DNA from: Pecten maximus
Taxonomy: Eukaryota
Length of the DNA stretch: 64,000 nt
Assembly (NCBI RefSeq): GCF_902652985.1
Contig: NC_047023.1
Location: forward strand, 32,426,001-32,490,000
Direction: 5' to 3'
A program made the position numbers and the translations under genes. This document shows, in pieces, positions 1-12,994 of this stretch. The notes below the pieces were generated by a model that worked only from the letters and a program-made list of their open reading frames with translations, did no database searches and was not told the origin of the DNA. Numbering within the stretch: position 1 is the stretch's first letter; each line of letters starts with the position of its first letter.

Positions 1-1270
1 CGGACACGTGATTTTTAAAGTACAAGGTCTTCATTCGGTTTAGTTTTCATGGAAGCATCGGATTAATTCAGACTTAGCACCTTGTTTATAGACGCCGATA
101 GAGCTATACGCATGCGTGGTGTGACTGTAGAGTTCACAGGGACAACGAGTGTTTGACCATTTCATTAAGATGTATCGGTCTCCACATAATCAATGTTTTG
201 AGCCGTAAGAGGTCTAGACCAACCTCGCAAATTAGCTTCATTAAGATAAATCAAATAATCTTAATCAAGTGTTTAAGGTCTAGAGCTTCAGCGAAACAAG
301 GCCCTCCAGAACGTGTAGGTAAGTCTATCAACCTTCGTATCATTTAGTTACAAAGTACCTGCTCTTTTCTTGTTTTGTTTTTCTTTTTTTCTTGTGTTTT
401 GTTGTTGTTTTGTTTTTTTGTTTTTTGTTTTATTTTTTGCTGTTTTTTTTTGTGGGACGGGGGGGGGGGTTCACATGACTGAATTGTATTATTATGATAG
501 AACATCCTCTTCTAGATTTAATATGTTTGCTGACTTCGATTCCCTTCTCTTTCCTTCTGTTTTTGCACACATTTGACCCATATCACTGACACCTATTGAT
601 AATTCGTTATGAAGTTTGTTACTTAATTCCCTCCGAAATATGACATTTGCTTGTGACTTTTTTATAATCATCTGAGTAAATCGTTGTGTGATAGAACCAA
701 CAAAACGACATACCTTTCATTAGAATGTTTGTGAGGTTTTTTGTTATTTCCCACGCCTGTGATGGCTGTGTGTCAATGACAGAATATATATAAGAACATA
801 CCACCGGACTCGCAAAGGCGAGAAAGACCTGAGTTTTATACGTGAAACACAATAACGAGGAAATTCGCACGGAAGCGTGAGACATTATCTGTAGAAATTC
901 TTATATAATTGAAAGGTAACGACATATTGATCATCCTAAAATGAAATCGCACGGTGTCAGGGGTCCAGTTGGACATTTAATGATATTCAGATTCTCGTTT
1001 ATATAGTAAGAACACGAAAAAATGTCTAGATTGGTGATCCTTAACACAATTAATCGTCACTCTTACGGAGGTTTGGGAATACCACACGTGGAAATGATGT
1101 TGTTAATGGCGACATTTACCAAAAACTTGAGATTTGAGAAAACTGTACTCGACGTTCATTACACAAAGCATGTGCGTAAAGCGATTTTACTTTACGTAAT
1201 ATACAAACTGATGTAGGAGGATGACGTTAAGGTCTAAGTTAAAATAATATAAACATGTTACACAAAATAT

Positions 1271-3848
1271 GCCAATGGGTGAGAATGGAGTCATACACTG
1301 TATATATAGAGGTCAATGGGTGAGAATGGGGTCATACACTGTATATATGGAGGTCAATGGGTGAGAATGGGGTCATACACTGTATTTATGGAGGCCAATG
1401 GGTGAGAATGGGGTCATACACTGTATATATGGAGGTCAATGGGTGAGAATGGGGTCATACACTGTATTTATGGAGGCCAATGGGTGAGAAAGGGATCATA
1501 CACTGTAAATATGGAGACACATAGGTGAGAATGAAGCCATACACTGTATATATGGAGACCCATGGGTGAGAAATGGGTCATGCACTGTATTTATGGAGAC
1601 CCATGGGTGAGAAAGGGATCATACACTGTAAATATGGAGACCCATGGGTGAGAATGGAGTCATACATTGTATATATGGAGGCCAATGGGTGGTAATGGAG
1701 TCATACACTGTATATATGGAGGTCAATGGGTGAGAATGGGGTCATCCATGTATATATGGGGGCCAATGGGTGAGAATGGGGTCACACACTGTATATATGG
1801 AGGTCAATGGGTGAGAATGGAGTCATACACTGTATATATGGAGGCCAATGGGTGAGAATGGGATCATATACTGTATATATGGAGGCCAATGGGTGAGAAT
1901 GGGGTCACACACTGTATATATGGAGGCCAATGGGTGAGAATGGAGTCATACACTGTATATATGGAGGCCAATGGGTGAGAATGGGGTCACACACTGTATA
2001 TATGGAGGCCAATGGGTGAGAATGGAGTCATACACTGTAGATATGGAGTCCCATGGGTGAGAATGGAGTCATACACTGTATATATGGAGGTCAATGGGTG
2101 ATAATCGGGTCATACACTGTATATATGGAGGTCAATGGGTGAGAATGGGATCATATACTGTATATATGGAGACCCATGGGTGAGAATGGAGTCATACACT
2201 GTATATATGGAGGCCAATGGGTGAGAATGGAGTCATACACTGTATATATGGAGGTCAATGGGTGAGAATGGAGTCATACACTGTATATATGGAGGCCAAT
2301 GGGTGAGAATGGGGTCACACACTGTATATATGGAGACCCATGGGTGAGAATGGAGTCATACACTGTATATATGGAGACCCATGGGTGAGAATGGAGTCAT
2401 ACACTGTATATATGGAGGTAAATGGGTGAGAATGGGATCATATACTGTATATATTGAGGCCAATGGGTGAGAATCGAGTCATACACTGTATATATGGAGG
2501 TCAAAGGGTGAGAATTGAGTCATACACTGTATATATGGAGGCCAATGGGTGAGAATGGGGTCACACACTGTATATATGGAGGCCAATGGGTGAGAATGGG
2601 ATCATATACTGTATATATGGAGGCCAATGGGTGAGAATGGGGTCATACACTGTATATATGGAGGCCCATGGGTGAGAATGGAGTCATACACTGTATATAT
2701 GGAGACCCATAAGTGAGAATGGAGTCATACACTGTATATATGGAGGCCAATGGGTGAGAATGGGGTCACACACTGTATATATGGAGGCCAATGGGTGAGA
2801 ATGGGATCATATACTGTATATATGGAGGCCAATGGGTGAGAATGGGGTCATACACTGTATATATGGAGACCCATGGGTGAGAATGGAGTCATACACTGTA
2901 TATATGGAGGCCAATGGGTGAGAATGGGGTCATGCACTGTATATATGGAGGCAAATGGGTGAGAAAGGGATCATACACTATAAATATGGAGACTAATGGG
3001 TGAGAAAGGGGTCATGCACTGTATATATGGAGGCCCATGGATGAGAAAGGGGTCATACACTGTATATATGGAGACCAATGGGTGAGAATGGGGTCATACA
3101 CTGTATATATGGAGGCAAATGGGTGAGAAAGGGATCATACACAATAAATATGGAGACCAATGGGTGAGAAAGGGGTCATGCACTGTATATATGGAGGCCC
3201 ATGGATGAGAAAGGGGTCATACACTGTATATATGGAGACCCATGGGTGAGAATGGAGTCATACACTGTATATATGGAGGTCAATGGGTGATAATCGGGTC
3301 ATACACTGTAAATATGGAGGCCAGTGGGTGAGAATGGAGTCATAGACTGTATATATGGAGACCCATGGGTGAGAATGGAGTCATACACTGTATATATGGA
3401 GGCAAATGGGTGAGAAAGGGATCATACACTGTAAATATGGAGACCCATGGGTGAGAAAGGGGTCATGCACTGTATATATGGAGGCAAATGGATGAGAAAG
3501 GGATCATACACTGTAAATATGGAGACCCACGGGTGAGAAAGGGGTCATGCACTGTATATATGGAAGCCAATGGATGAGAAAGGGGTCATACAATGTACAT
3601 ATGGAGGCCAATGGGTGAGAATGGAGTCATACACTGTATATATGGAGGCCAATGGGTGAGAAAGGGGTCATACACTGTATATATGGAGACCCATGGGTGA
3701 GAAAGGGGCCATACACTGTATATATGGAGGCCAATGGGTGAGAATGGAGTCATACACTGTATATATGGAGACCCAAGGGTGAGAATGGAGTTATACACTG
3801 TATATATGGAGACCCAAGGGTGAGAACGGAGTCATACACTGTATATAT
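1271..3848. repeat. Minisatellite, 41-bp unit (GGAGGCCAATGGGTGAGAATGGAGTCATACACTGTATATAT), about 63 copies
   Basis: Unit starts recur at 1349 and 1390, giving a 41-bp period; copies are highly similar. ORFs 1667-1855 and 3586-3798 are repeat artefacts. Confidence 0.97.
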
Positions 3849-4333
3849 TATGTAGTACATTGTTCTGTTTTAATTATAACTATTAACTTGATATGTGTTG
3901 AGAAAAAACTACTTTTCTAACATAGTGACCAAATTATTTAATTTGATTTAAAGTAGTTAGTGAAAATTCGACGACCAGTGACGACCGCAGACACATACAA
4001 AGAAACAAAAGATACCAATTGGTTTAGACACACACAAAATTGGTTTAAACACACGCACTATAATACTTGCCAATAACAATAACAATCAATTGGTAGAACA
4101 AGCATAAATAATGGTGAGATTACGTTTAATGTATGACTTATAAAACACCATATCCTTCTACTACAACACAATGAGCTTCCCATTTTCTCGACAAAAGTTG
4201 ACTGCTAACAGAAAAAGGGGTTTCGAGAGATGCAGGCTGATGAACACTGCGTGGAAGTTCAAAGATACCAGTGGATAATATTTCATTTCCTTAAAAAATA
4301 TAAAGTCAAAGATGTTCAATGTTCGTTGCTATA

Positions 4334-4760
4334 CCTGGTGGTTCCATTATCACCATCCTTAATCTTTTTTTTGTGAATGTGATAAATACAATTTGACCTA
4401 GATTTGTATGTCGGATGTCGTCATGACCAAGATTTGTATGGCGGGTGTCGTCGTGACCTAGATTTGTATGACGGGTGTCGTCGTGACCTAGATTTGTATG
4501 GCGGGTGTCGTCGTGACCTAGATTTGTATGGCGGGTGTCGTCGTGACCTAGATTTGTATGGCAGGTGTCGTCGTGACCTGGATTTGTATGACGGGTGTCG
4601 TTGATGAAATAGAAGACGCTTACCCACGGGGACGCCTGGTCTTGTTCTTCTTGTACCTTTTTAAATGTATCCATACAAATATAAATTATGTTCATAATTC
4701 ACACTGGATTTGGTCGATATAGTGTCAGAGTTACTGTTTCGTTTGCGTTTCGTTTCTCTG
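4334..4760 (+). mobile_element. Copy of a dispersed repeat (probably the 3' region of a Penelope-like element) with an internal 30-bp tandem array (TGACCTAGATTTGTATGGCGGGTGTCGTCG, about 7 copies, 4394-4600)
   Basis: The motif chain TGACCTAGATTTGTATGG...GAAGACGCT...CCTGGTCTT recurs at ~43941, ~57921, ~63622 and inverted at ~23255-23305. The 63.6-kb copy follows a degraded PLE-type RT. Confidence 0.6.
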
Positions 4761-5907
4761 TACTTTGCTTCATTATATTATCACAGTTGGTGGACTGTGA
4801 TTTAAAAAGGAGAAGCAAGGATTTATGAGTCCATGGAATTTTAAGGCATATATTATGTCACACACACCAAAAGTGCATTAGAACTGCTTGATAAAAAAAC
4901 TATACAAAATGAGGCAGCACGCGCTGTATAATAAAGATGGCATTATCTAACACAGTAAACTATCGAATTTGTCAACATGATATAACTCGATGATGACGTG
5001 ATGTAATTGAAAACGGAATAGCAACAGCATAGTTTGTATGGTGAAGATTAACTACATAGACAGGAGGGAAGACTTCATCTTATATCTATTTCTTTAAAAT
5101 AAATTAAAACTTAAAACGAGAATAAAATGTTGAAGTGAATAGTTCTCGTGTGTCCACTGAATGTATTATAAATTGGAATTGCTTCAACTATCGAAATCCT
5201 TAGATGCCGCCTTCATATAGGTTGAGGTTTGTAGACACAAAACTTCAAAAATGTTATGGAGTTATGATTGCTTTTGGGATAGCAATTTATTGTTTCAAAC
5301 TTGTGGGTCAATACAAATGATTCGCTATAAGCTGGATCCTTTATAAAAATTGAATGTCATATACACTTGATACGCTGACATGTTACTGTTAAGTTATTCG
5401 GGATAGGTGGGGAGGATGAGTCGAACATTTCCTGTTGTCGATAAATGTGTATAATTTGATGTCCATTCCTCTTCAGGTCGATTGCACACCAACGTATTAA
5501 GATATCATTGTAAATACAGACGATCTTGTACATGGATGGTGTTAGATGTTAGAGATACTGTCGAAGGCAGGTCCATGGTTCTATTAACTTTTGTTGACTT
5601 TATTTATACACTGATATACACTGACAGTGGATGCCCTAGCTACATGCCAGGTACTCCCTATCGATAAGGCGGGACCTCTCACCACAGACATGGAACACTC
5701 CTGTAACACCCTGTTGAGTGAACACGGTATATCGATGTTATACACTCTAAGTTCTTCCTCAGAGAATATACACGATCTCATATATTAACACGTTTATGAT
5801 ATACAGAAGGTGTATGATCTGGAAATATTTACATCTGATTCAAATACTTTGTAAATGATACAGAAATAAATAGAGTAGATAAAATATGTATAGAAATTCG
5901 TCCTACG

Positions 5908-6512
5908 GTTTCGTCCATTTGAGACTCGCCAGTGATGTAAGGGACATCATACAGCTGTTCGTCCTTTTGAAACTCGCCAGTGATGTAAGTGACATCATAC
6001 AGCTGTTTCGTGATTCTAGCACTAGTCAGTGATGTAAGGGACATCATACAGCTGTTTCGTCCTTTTGAGACTCGCCAGTGATGCTAGGGACATCATACAG
6101 CTGTTTCTTCCTTTTGAGACTCGTCAATGACGTAAGGGACATCATGCAGCTGTTTCGTCTTTGAAAGACTCGTCAGCGATGTAAGTGACATCATACAGCT
6201 GTATCGTCCTTTTGAGACTCGTCAATGATGTAAGGGACATCATGCAGTTGTATCGTCCTTTTGAGACTCGCCAGTGATGTAAATGACATTATACAGCTGT
6301 TTCTTCCTTTTGAGACTCGCTAGTGATGTAAGTGACATCATACAGCTTATTCGTCCTTTTGAGACTCGTCAGTGATGTAAGGGACATTATACAGCTGTTT
6401 CGTCCTTTTAGGACTCGTCAGTGATGTAAGTGACATCATACAGCTGTTTCGTCCTTCTAGCACTTGTCAGTATTGATAGGGACGCAATACAGTTCTTTGT
6501 CCTTCAAGGACT
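5908..6512 (-). ncRNA. Tandem array of about 12 hammerhead ribozyme monomers (49-bp unit)
   Basis: The minus strand of 6391-6447 reads ACAGCUGU-A/UGAUGU-CACUU-ACAUCA-CUGACGA-GUCCU-AAA-AGGAC-GAA-ACAGCUGU. This gives a canonical CUGAnGA/GAAA core, GUA cleavage triplet, 6-bp stem I, 5-bp stem II and palindromic stem III. The unit at 6146-6202 has a compensated stem II (GUCUU/AAGAC). Confidence 0.88.
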
Positions 6513-7293
6513 CAATAATTTGACCGAAAGAAGAGGAAAAGTTGTGAAAATCAAAGAGGAAAATAGAGAATGTCATACATTGATCCAATAACTCAATTAA
6601 TGTCGTAATTTTGCATAATAGATAATTAAAATAGATTAATGAATGACATATTCAGGAAAAGGTCCTAAGGAGATGTGATCAATAGGGATATCTTTCTTTA
6701 TGAAGAAACATACCCTTACAACACACTTGGACGTATTTCACCTTGGTCTTTTTAATGGCCGCCGTATGTGATTAACTTTATATTTTCTAATACTGTCCTT
6801 AATTTTGAGTTAAAATTTGAAACTTGAAAGTTCTTTAATGACTCCCGTTCTGTTTTATTAATGTGAGCACTGTACAGGTTGTGATACTGTTTATCTACCA
6901 CATATATTGCTCTACTTTACATGAAATGATATCTATGAATTTGCACTTTTAAATACATATTCCTAGTGTTAATGATTCAGTTTTAATTGACCATTCCTCG
7001 TGAACTGTCTCCATGGACAACCATTACTTGTAATTAATTGGTGTTATACTGGCAACGCGGTGTGAATCAAATCATATTTTGAAAAGAGTTCGATATGCTT
7101 AATATTTGAATGTCTTGTACGTTGAAAACCACAACTTAGTGCTGTTTGATATGAAATAAGCGGCATGTCAAACTTCGACATTATGGTAAAGATTCTCATA
7201 AATATCATATTGGTTGTGTCATATAACTTCTATCATATTTACTTTACTAACCTGAAGAAAATGTTCCAGAAGTGCCCTGAAGCTGTTTTGGGA

Positions 7294-7790
7294 TACACGT
7301 TGAATGTCATGTTCTGATATTATGTTATATGTACACGTGGAATGTCATGTTCTGATATTATGTTATGTGTTCACGTGGAATGTCATGCTCTGATATTATG
7401 TTATGTGTACACGTTGAATGTCATGTTCTGATATTATGTTATGTGTACACGTTGAATGTCATGTTCTGATATTATGTTATGTGTACACGTGGAATGTCGT
7501 GTCCTGATATTATGTTATGTGTACACGTGGAATGTCGTGTCCTGACATTATGTTATGTGTACACGTGGAATGCCGTGCCCTGACATTATGTTATGTGTAC
7601 ACGTGGAATGTCGTGCCCTGATATTATTTTGTTTGTACACGTGGAATGTCATGTTCTGACATTATGTTATACACGTGGAATGTCGTGCCCTGACATTATG
7701 TTATACACGTGGAATGTCATGTCCTGACATTATGTTATACACGTGGAATGTCATGTCCTGCCATTATGTTTAACGGTACACGTGGAATGC
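7294..7790. repeat. Minisatellite, 38-bp unit (TACACGTGGAATGTCATGTTCTGATATTATGTTATGTG), about 13 copies; the last few are 34 bp
   Basis: Direct periodicity (7333 to 7371); many units contain an AATGTCA/TGACATT inverted repeat. Confidence 0.95.
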
Positions 7791-7951
7791 CTCGTTTTGA
7801 CTCTAAGTTATATTGTATAAGGGGAATATCGCGCCTTCATGCTGTGTTATGTAATAGACACGGGTGATTCTGTGTGATACGTTAAACATGTCGTGATTTT
7901 ACGCTTTGTTACTTACTTCTGTAACGCTGCTGTCATTTACACTCAGTTTGA

Positions 7952-8179
7952 GGGGCCGCGGTGGCCGAGTGGTTAAGGTGTCCCGACATTTTATCACTAG
8001 CCCTCCACCTCTGGGTTGCGAGTTCGAAACCTACGTGGGGCAGTTGCTAGGTACTGACTGTAGGCCGGTGGCTTTTCTCCGGGTACTCCGGCTTTCCTCC
8101 ACCTCCAAAACCTTGCACGTCCTTAAATGACCCTGGTTGTTAATAGGACGTTAAACAAAACCAAACCAAACCAAACCAA
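7952..8179 (+). mobile_element. tRNA-derived SINE with a V-domain-like core, full length
   Basis: A box TGGCCGAGTGG, B box GAGTTCGAAAC, CTCCGGGTACTCCGGCTTTCCTCC core and (CCAAA)n tail. 12-bp TSD ACACTCAGTTTG at 7939-7950 and 8180-8191. Confidence 0.93.
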
Positions 8180-9439
8180 ACACTCAGTTTGTCTGTTCCA
8201 TTTTACATAGATCGCATTAACCTTGTATGAGGCCAAGGTACACTAGACGGCTAGTTAATTCCAGAATAATATGACCGATTTTCACAAACACGTGAAGCTA
8301 CTGAATGTTGTCACTGAAAATGCGTGTTTATTCTCTTTATTGGGTTCTAAGAACACATTGTCTATGCTGAGTGTTAGGTACTATATATATCATGTCCCCA
8401 GCAGCTTTTTTCTGACGGGCCAATCACCGGACAATCTATTTTCAGCCACGCGCTTTAAGCAGGAAATAGACATGTTACGTACACCAGATGAAGCATAATG
8501 TTTATTTCTTTCTTGGTTAAGGTATTCGTCTGAAACGACAAAGGAGTGTGGAAAATATCGAGGAAATAATTAATTTTGACGTATGTATATACTTATGGTT
8601 TATAAGTTTTAGCGGTCTCACGTTTTAGAACACTATCAATTTTGCTAACAAATGAATGGGGTATTGAATTGTTACCCGTAGTATCCGTAGACAGTATTTT
8701 AAAATGTTAAATTGTGTGTCAATCATGACGCATGCCTAATAGTGTAACATCTATACTCCGTTCTTCTTATACCATTGCTATTTATACTACGGTCGAACCA
8801 CAGGGGCCTGTAAAAACCAAGAGTCGAGATCAATATCAACATAACACTGTTATATTTATATCGATCTCGACCCTATTTTTGAGTATAATCATTATCACTA
8901 CAAACCTTTGTAGCTCGCTAGAACAGATGTTGCTTCACACTGGAACCCAAGCGTCAAATCGCCACGCAAACTTTCTTAATTACTTATAATGTAAACAATT
9001 GATATATTTGACTAAAAGGTCGACGTGACCAAAACAATCTATATTCATTTATCTCCAATCATGGAAACAATCCGGTCAATTCTGTTAAAGCTCGGAATTA
9101 ACAATTCCCTCACCGGAAGTAACCCATTCATTTTCGTTTTCTAAAGAGAACGACAGGGCCAATTTAAACGCATTTGTATATAACAAGACCATGTCCACGT
9201 TGGAGCTCGAACTAGCAATCTCTATCGTTCTAGACGGACACCCTGCGACTGTTTGCCTCGGTAACTTTCTCAAGAACGGAAGTTGCCGAGATGTGACGAA
9301 GAACTCTTCCACTATGGACTAAAGTTGTATGTTTCGTCACTATTGTTCGTAGGCGCCGTACGATAGCCTATGCCTACCACCTTTTAGACGAAAAAATAAA
9401 ATTAAGTCGTACGAACAAGTTTAACAAGTCGTGTACGCA

Positions 9440-11710
9440 CTAGATAAAAAGTCACACGAACGAGTTAAATAGTCACACAGGTACCAACGAGATAAAAAGT
9501 CATAATGTACCAACGAGATAAAAAAAAAGCACACATGTACCAGCGGGATAAAAAGTCATACATGTACCAACGAGATAAAAAGTCATACATGTACCAACGA
9601 GATAAAAAGTCATACATGTACCAACGAGATAAAAAGTCATAATGTACCAACGAGATAAAAAGTCACACATGTACCAACGAGATAAAAAGTCATACATGTA
9701 CCAACGAGATAAAAAGTCATACATGTACCAACGAGATAAAAATCATACATGTACCAACGAGATAAAAAGTCACACATGTACCAACGAGATAAAAAGTCAC
9801 ACATGTACCAACGAGATAAAAAATCATACATGTACCAACGAGATAAAAAGTCACACATGTACCAACGAGATAAAAAGTTACACATGTACCAACGAGATAA
9901 AAAGTCACACATGTACCAACGAGATAAAAAGTCACACATGTACCAACGAGATAAAAAGTTACACATGTACCAACGAGATAAAAAGTCACACATGTACCAA
10001 CGAGATAAAAAGTCACACATGTACCAACGAGATAAAAAGTCACACATGTACCAACGAGATAAAAAGTTACACATGTACCAACGAAATAAAAAGTTACACA
10101 TGTACCAACGAGATAAAAAGTTACACATGTACCAACGAGATAAAAAGTTACACATGTACCAACGAGATAAAAAGTCACACATGTACCAACGAGATAAAAA
10201 GTCACACATGTACCAACGAGATAAAAAGTCACACATGTACCAACGAGATAAAAAGTTACACATGTACCAACGAAATAAAAAGTCATACATGTACCAACGA
10301 GATAAGAAGTCACACATGTACCAACGAGATAAAAAGTCATACATGTACCAACGAGATAAAAAGTTACACATGTACCAACGAAATAAAAAGTCACACATGT
10401 ACCAACGAGATAAAAAGTCATACATGTACCAACGAGATAAAAAAAAAACACAGGTACCAACGAGATAAAAAGTCATACATGTACCAACGAGATAAAAAGT
10501 CACACATGTACCAACGAGATAAAAAGTCATACATGTACCAACGAGATAAAAAAAAACCACAGGTACCAACGAGATAAAATGTTACACATGTACCAACGAG
10601 ATGAAAAGTCACACATGTACCAACGAGATAAAAAGTCACACATGTACCAACGAGATAAAAAGTCATACATGTACCAACGAAATAAAAAGTTACACATGTA
10701 CCAACGAGATAAAAAGTCATACATGTACCAACGAGATAAAAAGTCATACATGTACCAACGAGATAAAAAGTTATACATGTACCAACGAGATAAAAAGTCA
10801 TACATGTACCAACGAGATAAAAAGTCACACTTGTACCAACGAGATAAAAAGTCACACATGTACCACCGAGATAAAAAGTCATACATGTACCAACGAGATA
10901 AAAAGTCACACATGTACCAACGAGATAAAAAAAACACAGGTACCAACGAGATAAAAAGTCATACATGTACCAACGAGATAAAAAGTCATACATGTACCAA
11001 CGAGATAAAAAAAACACAGGTACCAACGAGATAAAAAGTCATACATGTACCAACGAGATAAAAAGTCATACATGTACCAACGAGATAAAAAAAAACACAT
11101 GTACCAACGAGATAAAAAGTCATACATGTACCAACGAGATAAAAAGTCATACATGTACCAACGAGATAAAAAAAACACAGGTACCAACGAGATAAAAAGT
11201 CATACATGTACCAACGAGATAAAAAGTCATACATGTACCAACGAGATAAAAAAAAACACATGTACCAACGAGATAAAAAGTCACACATGTACCAACGAGA
11301 TAAAAAGTCATACATGTACCAACGGGATAAAAAGTCATAATGTACCAACGAGATAAAAAGTTACACATGTGCCAACGAGATAAAAAGTCATAATGTACCA
11401 ACGAGATAAAAAGTTACACATGTACCAACGAGATAAAAAGTCATACATGTACCAACGAGATAAAAAGTTACACATGTACCAACGAGATAAAAAGTCATAC
11501 ATGTACCAACGAGATAAAAAGTCATACATGTACCAACGAGATAAAAAGTCATAATGTACCAACGAGATAAAAAGTCACACATGTACCAACGAGATAAAAA
11601 ATCATACATGTACCAACGAGATAAGAAGTCACACATTACTAACGAGATAAAAAGTCACACATGTACCAACGAGATAAAAAGTTACACATGTACCAACGAG
11701 ATAAAAAGTC
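9440..11710. repeat. Minisatellite, 27-bp unit (CATGTACCAACGAGATAAAAAGTCACA), about 84 copies
   Basis: Clear 27-bp period. It produces the many overlapping 9-aa-repeat ORFs on both strands, which are not genes. Confidence 0.97.
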
Positions 11711-12110
11711 CAAAGGTTGGGTAAAACGCCTATGGAGATTTAACATTAGCATCTGCCCAGCTTAGAATTTCAAAATACGATAAATACAAAAAGGTATTGG
11801 TATAAGAAGCTTAAATCAGGAATGGCTAGTTAAAGAGTTTATTCTGTGAAAAATTAACTAACGTGAGTTGCATTATAAACAGTCGTTACTCACTGAGGAA
11901 TATGTTTATTCTAGAAAGTTTATCCTACTAATGCTCCGAGTTCAGATTCTCTCGTAAATAATGTAATAAGAAAAAAAAACAAATACATTATTACAGAGTC
12001 TTATCAAGTCCATTACAAATACATGTAGATTTAATATGCCACCGAATAACACATAGACTCTTGTAAAACATTTCTTAGAGAAGTTTATCCTTGAAAGAAA
12101 GGCTAGTTCC

Positions 12111-12994
12111 TACGATGGCCGACAAGAGCCTGGCAAAATGAAATGAAAAAACTGTAACACTTTTTTTCATGGTACATTTTTTTCACATCTTTTTGTACCA
12201 TTGTATGGTACAAAAGATGTGAAAGCGAAGTTGAAATGAGTCAGTCGCTTTTGTATCTTTTTGTACCAAAAAGCGGCCGAAAACAGCCATGGTACAGAAA
12301 CATATGAAACGGCCAGACATAAGGGTGACTGAGTTTGACAAATGACTCCCAGATAAAACTGTCATCACATAGCCTGCCAATTAGTATCCGGAATGTCTGG
12401 CTACTAAATGATCCAATCGTCATTTATACTGATGTGGGGCCTGCAAAATGGTCAATTGTCTATTTTAACTTTTAAATGACCTTTCATTTTAAAAATAACG
12501 TGTTAAATAATAATAAAAACTTCTCGAGTAAAAGAAACTATAGACACCGATGGGTTTCGTTATTACGCTTTTAGCAGTGAAATATCGAAAATTAATCATT
12601 CTATAAAAGTGGAAAATGGAAAAAGTTAAAAGATGATCCGGTATATTTTGCTATGAAAATGTAATAAACAGCATATCTAACAGCATCTTTAATAATATCA
12701 AAAATGGTAAAAAAAGAAATGAAAAAAGTGTAACGCGGTACAAAACCTTTCACATCATTTTGCCGGCTGATACCGGCTATTGGTACATAAACATGTGAAT
12801 GTAAGCTGTGTTTTTTCCTAAGTAGTTTATAATCTTTCTGTAACACATATAGTACAAAATGATTTGAATTTTCACATCTTTTTGTACCATGGTACACTTT
12901 TCTATCGTACAAAAAGATATGAAAAAACTGTACCATTGAAAAAAGTGTTACAGTTTTTTCATTTCATTTTGCCAGGCTCTTGTCGGCCATCGTA
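12111..12994. mobile_element. Non-autonomous DNA transposon (MITE), 884 bp, with long TIRs and a 6-bp TSD; IS3EU-like
   Basis: Left end TACGATGGCCGACAAGAGCCTGGCAAAATGAAATGAAAAAACTGTAACAC has its reverse complement ending at 12994. AGTTCC is duplicated at 12105-12110 and 12995-13000. TAY..RTA termini with a 6-bp TSD fit IS3EU. Confidence 0.88.

Noticed and set aside
1-305. Harbinger-like TIR end (GCGAAACAAGGCCC)
   Set aside because: The partner end would lie outside the window, so it cannot be verified.
4236-4270. Isolated CTGATGA motifs (also ~15542 and ~46270) as extra hammerheads
   Set aside because: No properly paired stem II followed by GAAA, and no stems I/III.
5476-5822. Exon-like GC-richer stretch next to the ribozyme array
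   Set aside because: All frames close quickly after the candidate splice sites; no recognisable family.
7952-8040. tRNA gene calls for the A/B-box sequences (also 15211, 46032, 50149)
   Set aside because: They continue into SINE bodies, tails and (for three copies) TSDs; no complete cloverleaf with a terminator.
9465-11636. Many long overlapping ORFs (up to 311 aa) on both strands
   Set aside because: They result from a 27-bp stop-free repeat unit; frequent frameshifts and no unique coding flanks.
9359-11735. 27-bp array enclosed in an IS3EU-like element (TACGATAGCC at 9359 resembles the MITE terminus)
   Set aside because: The right-hand TIR is only weakly similar and no TSD was found.
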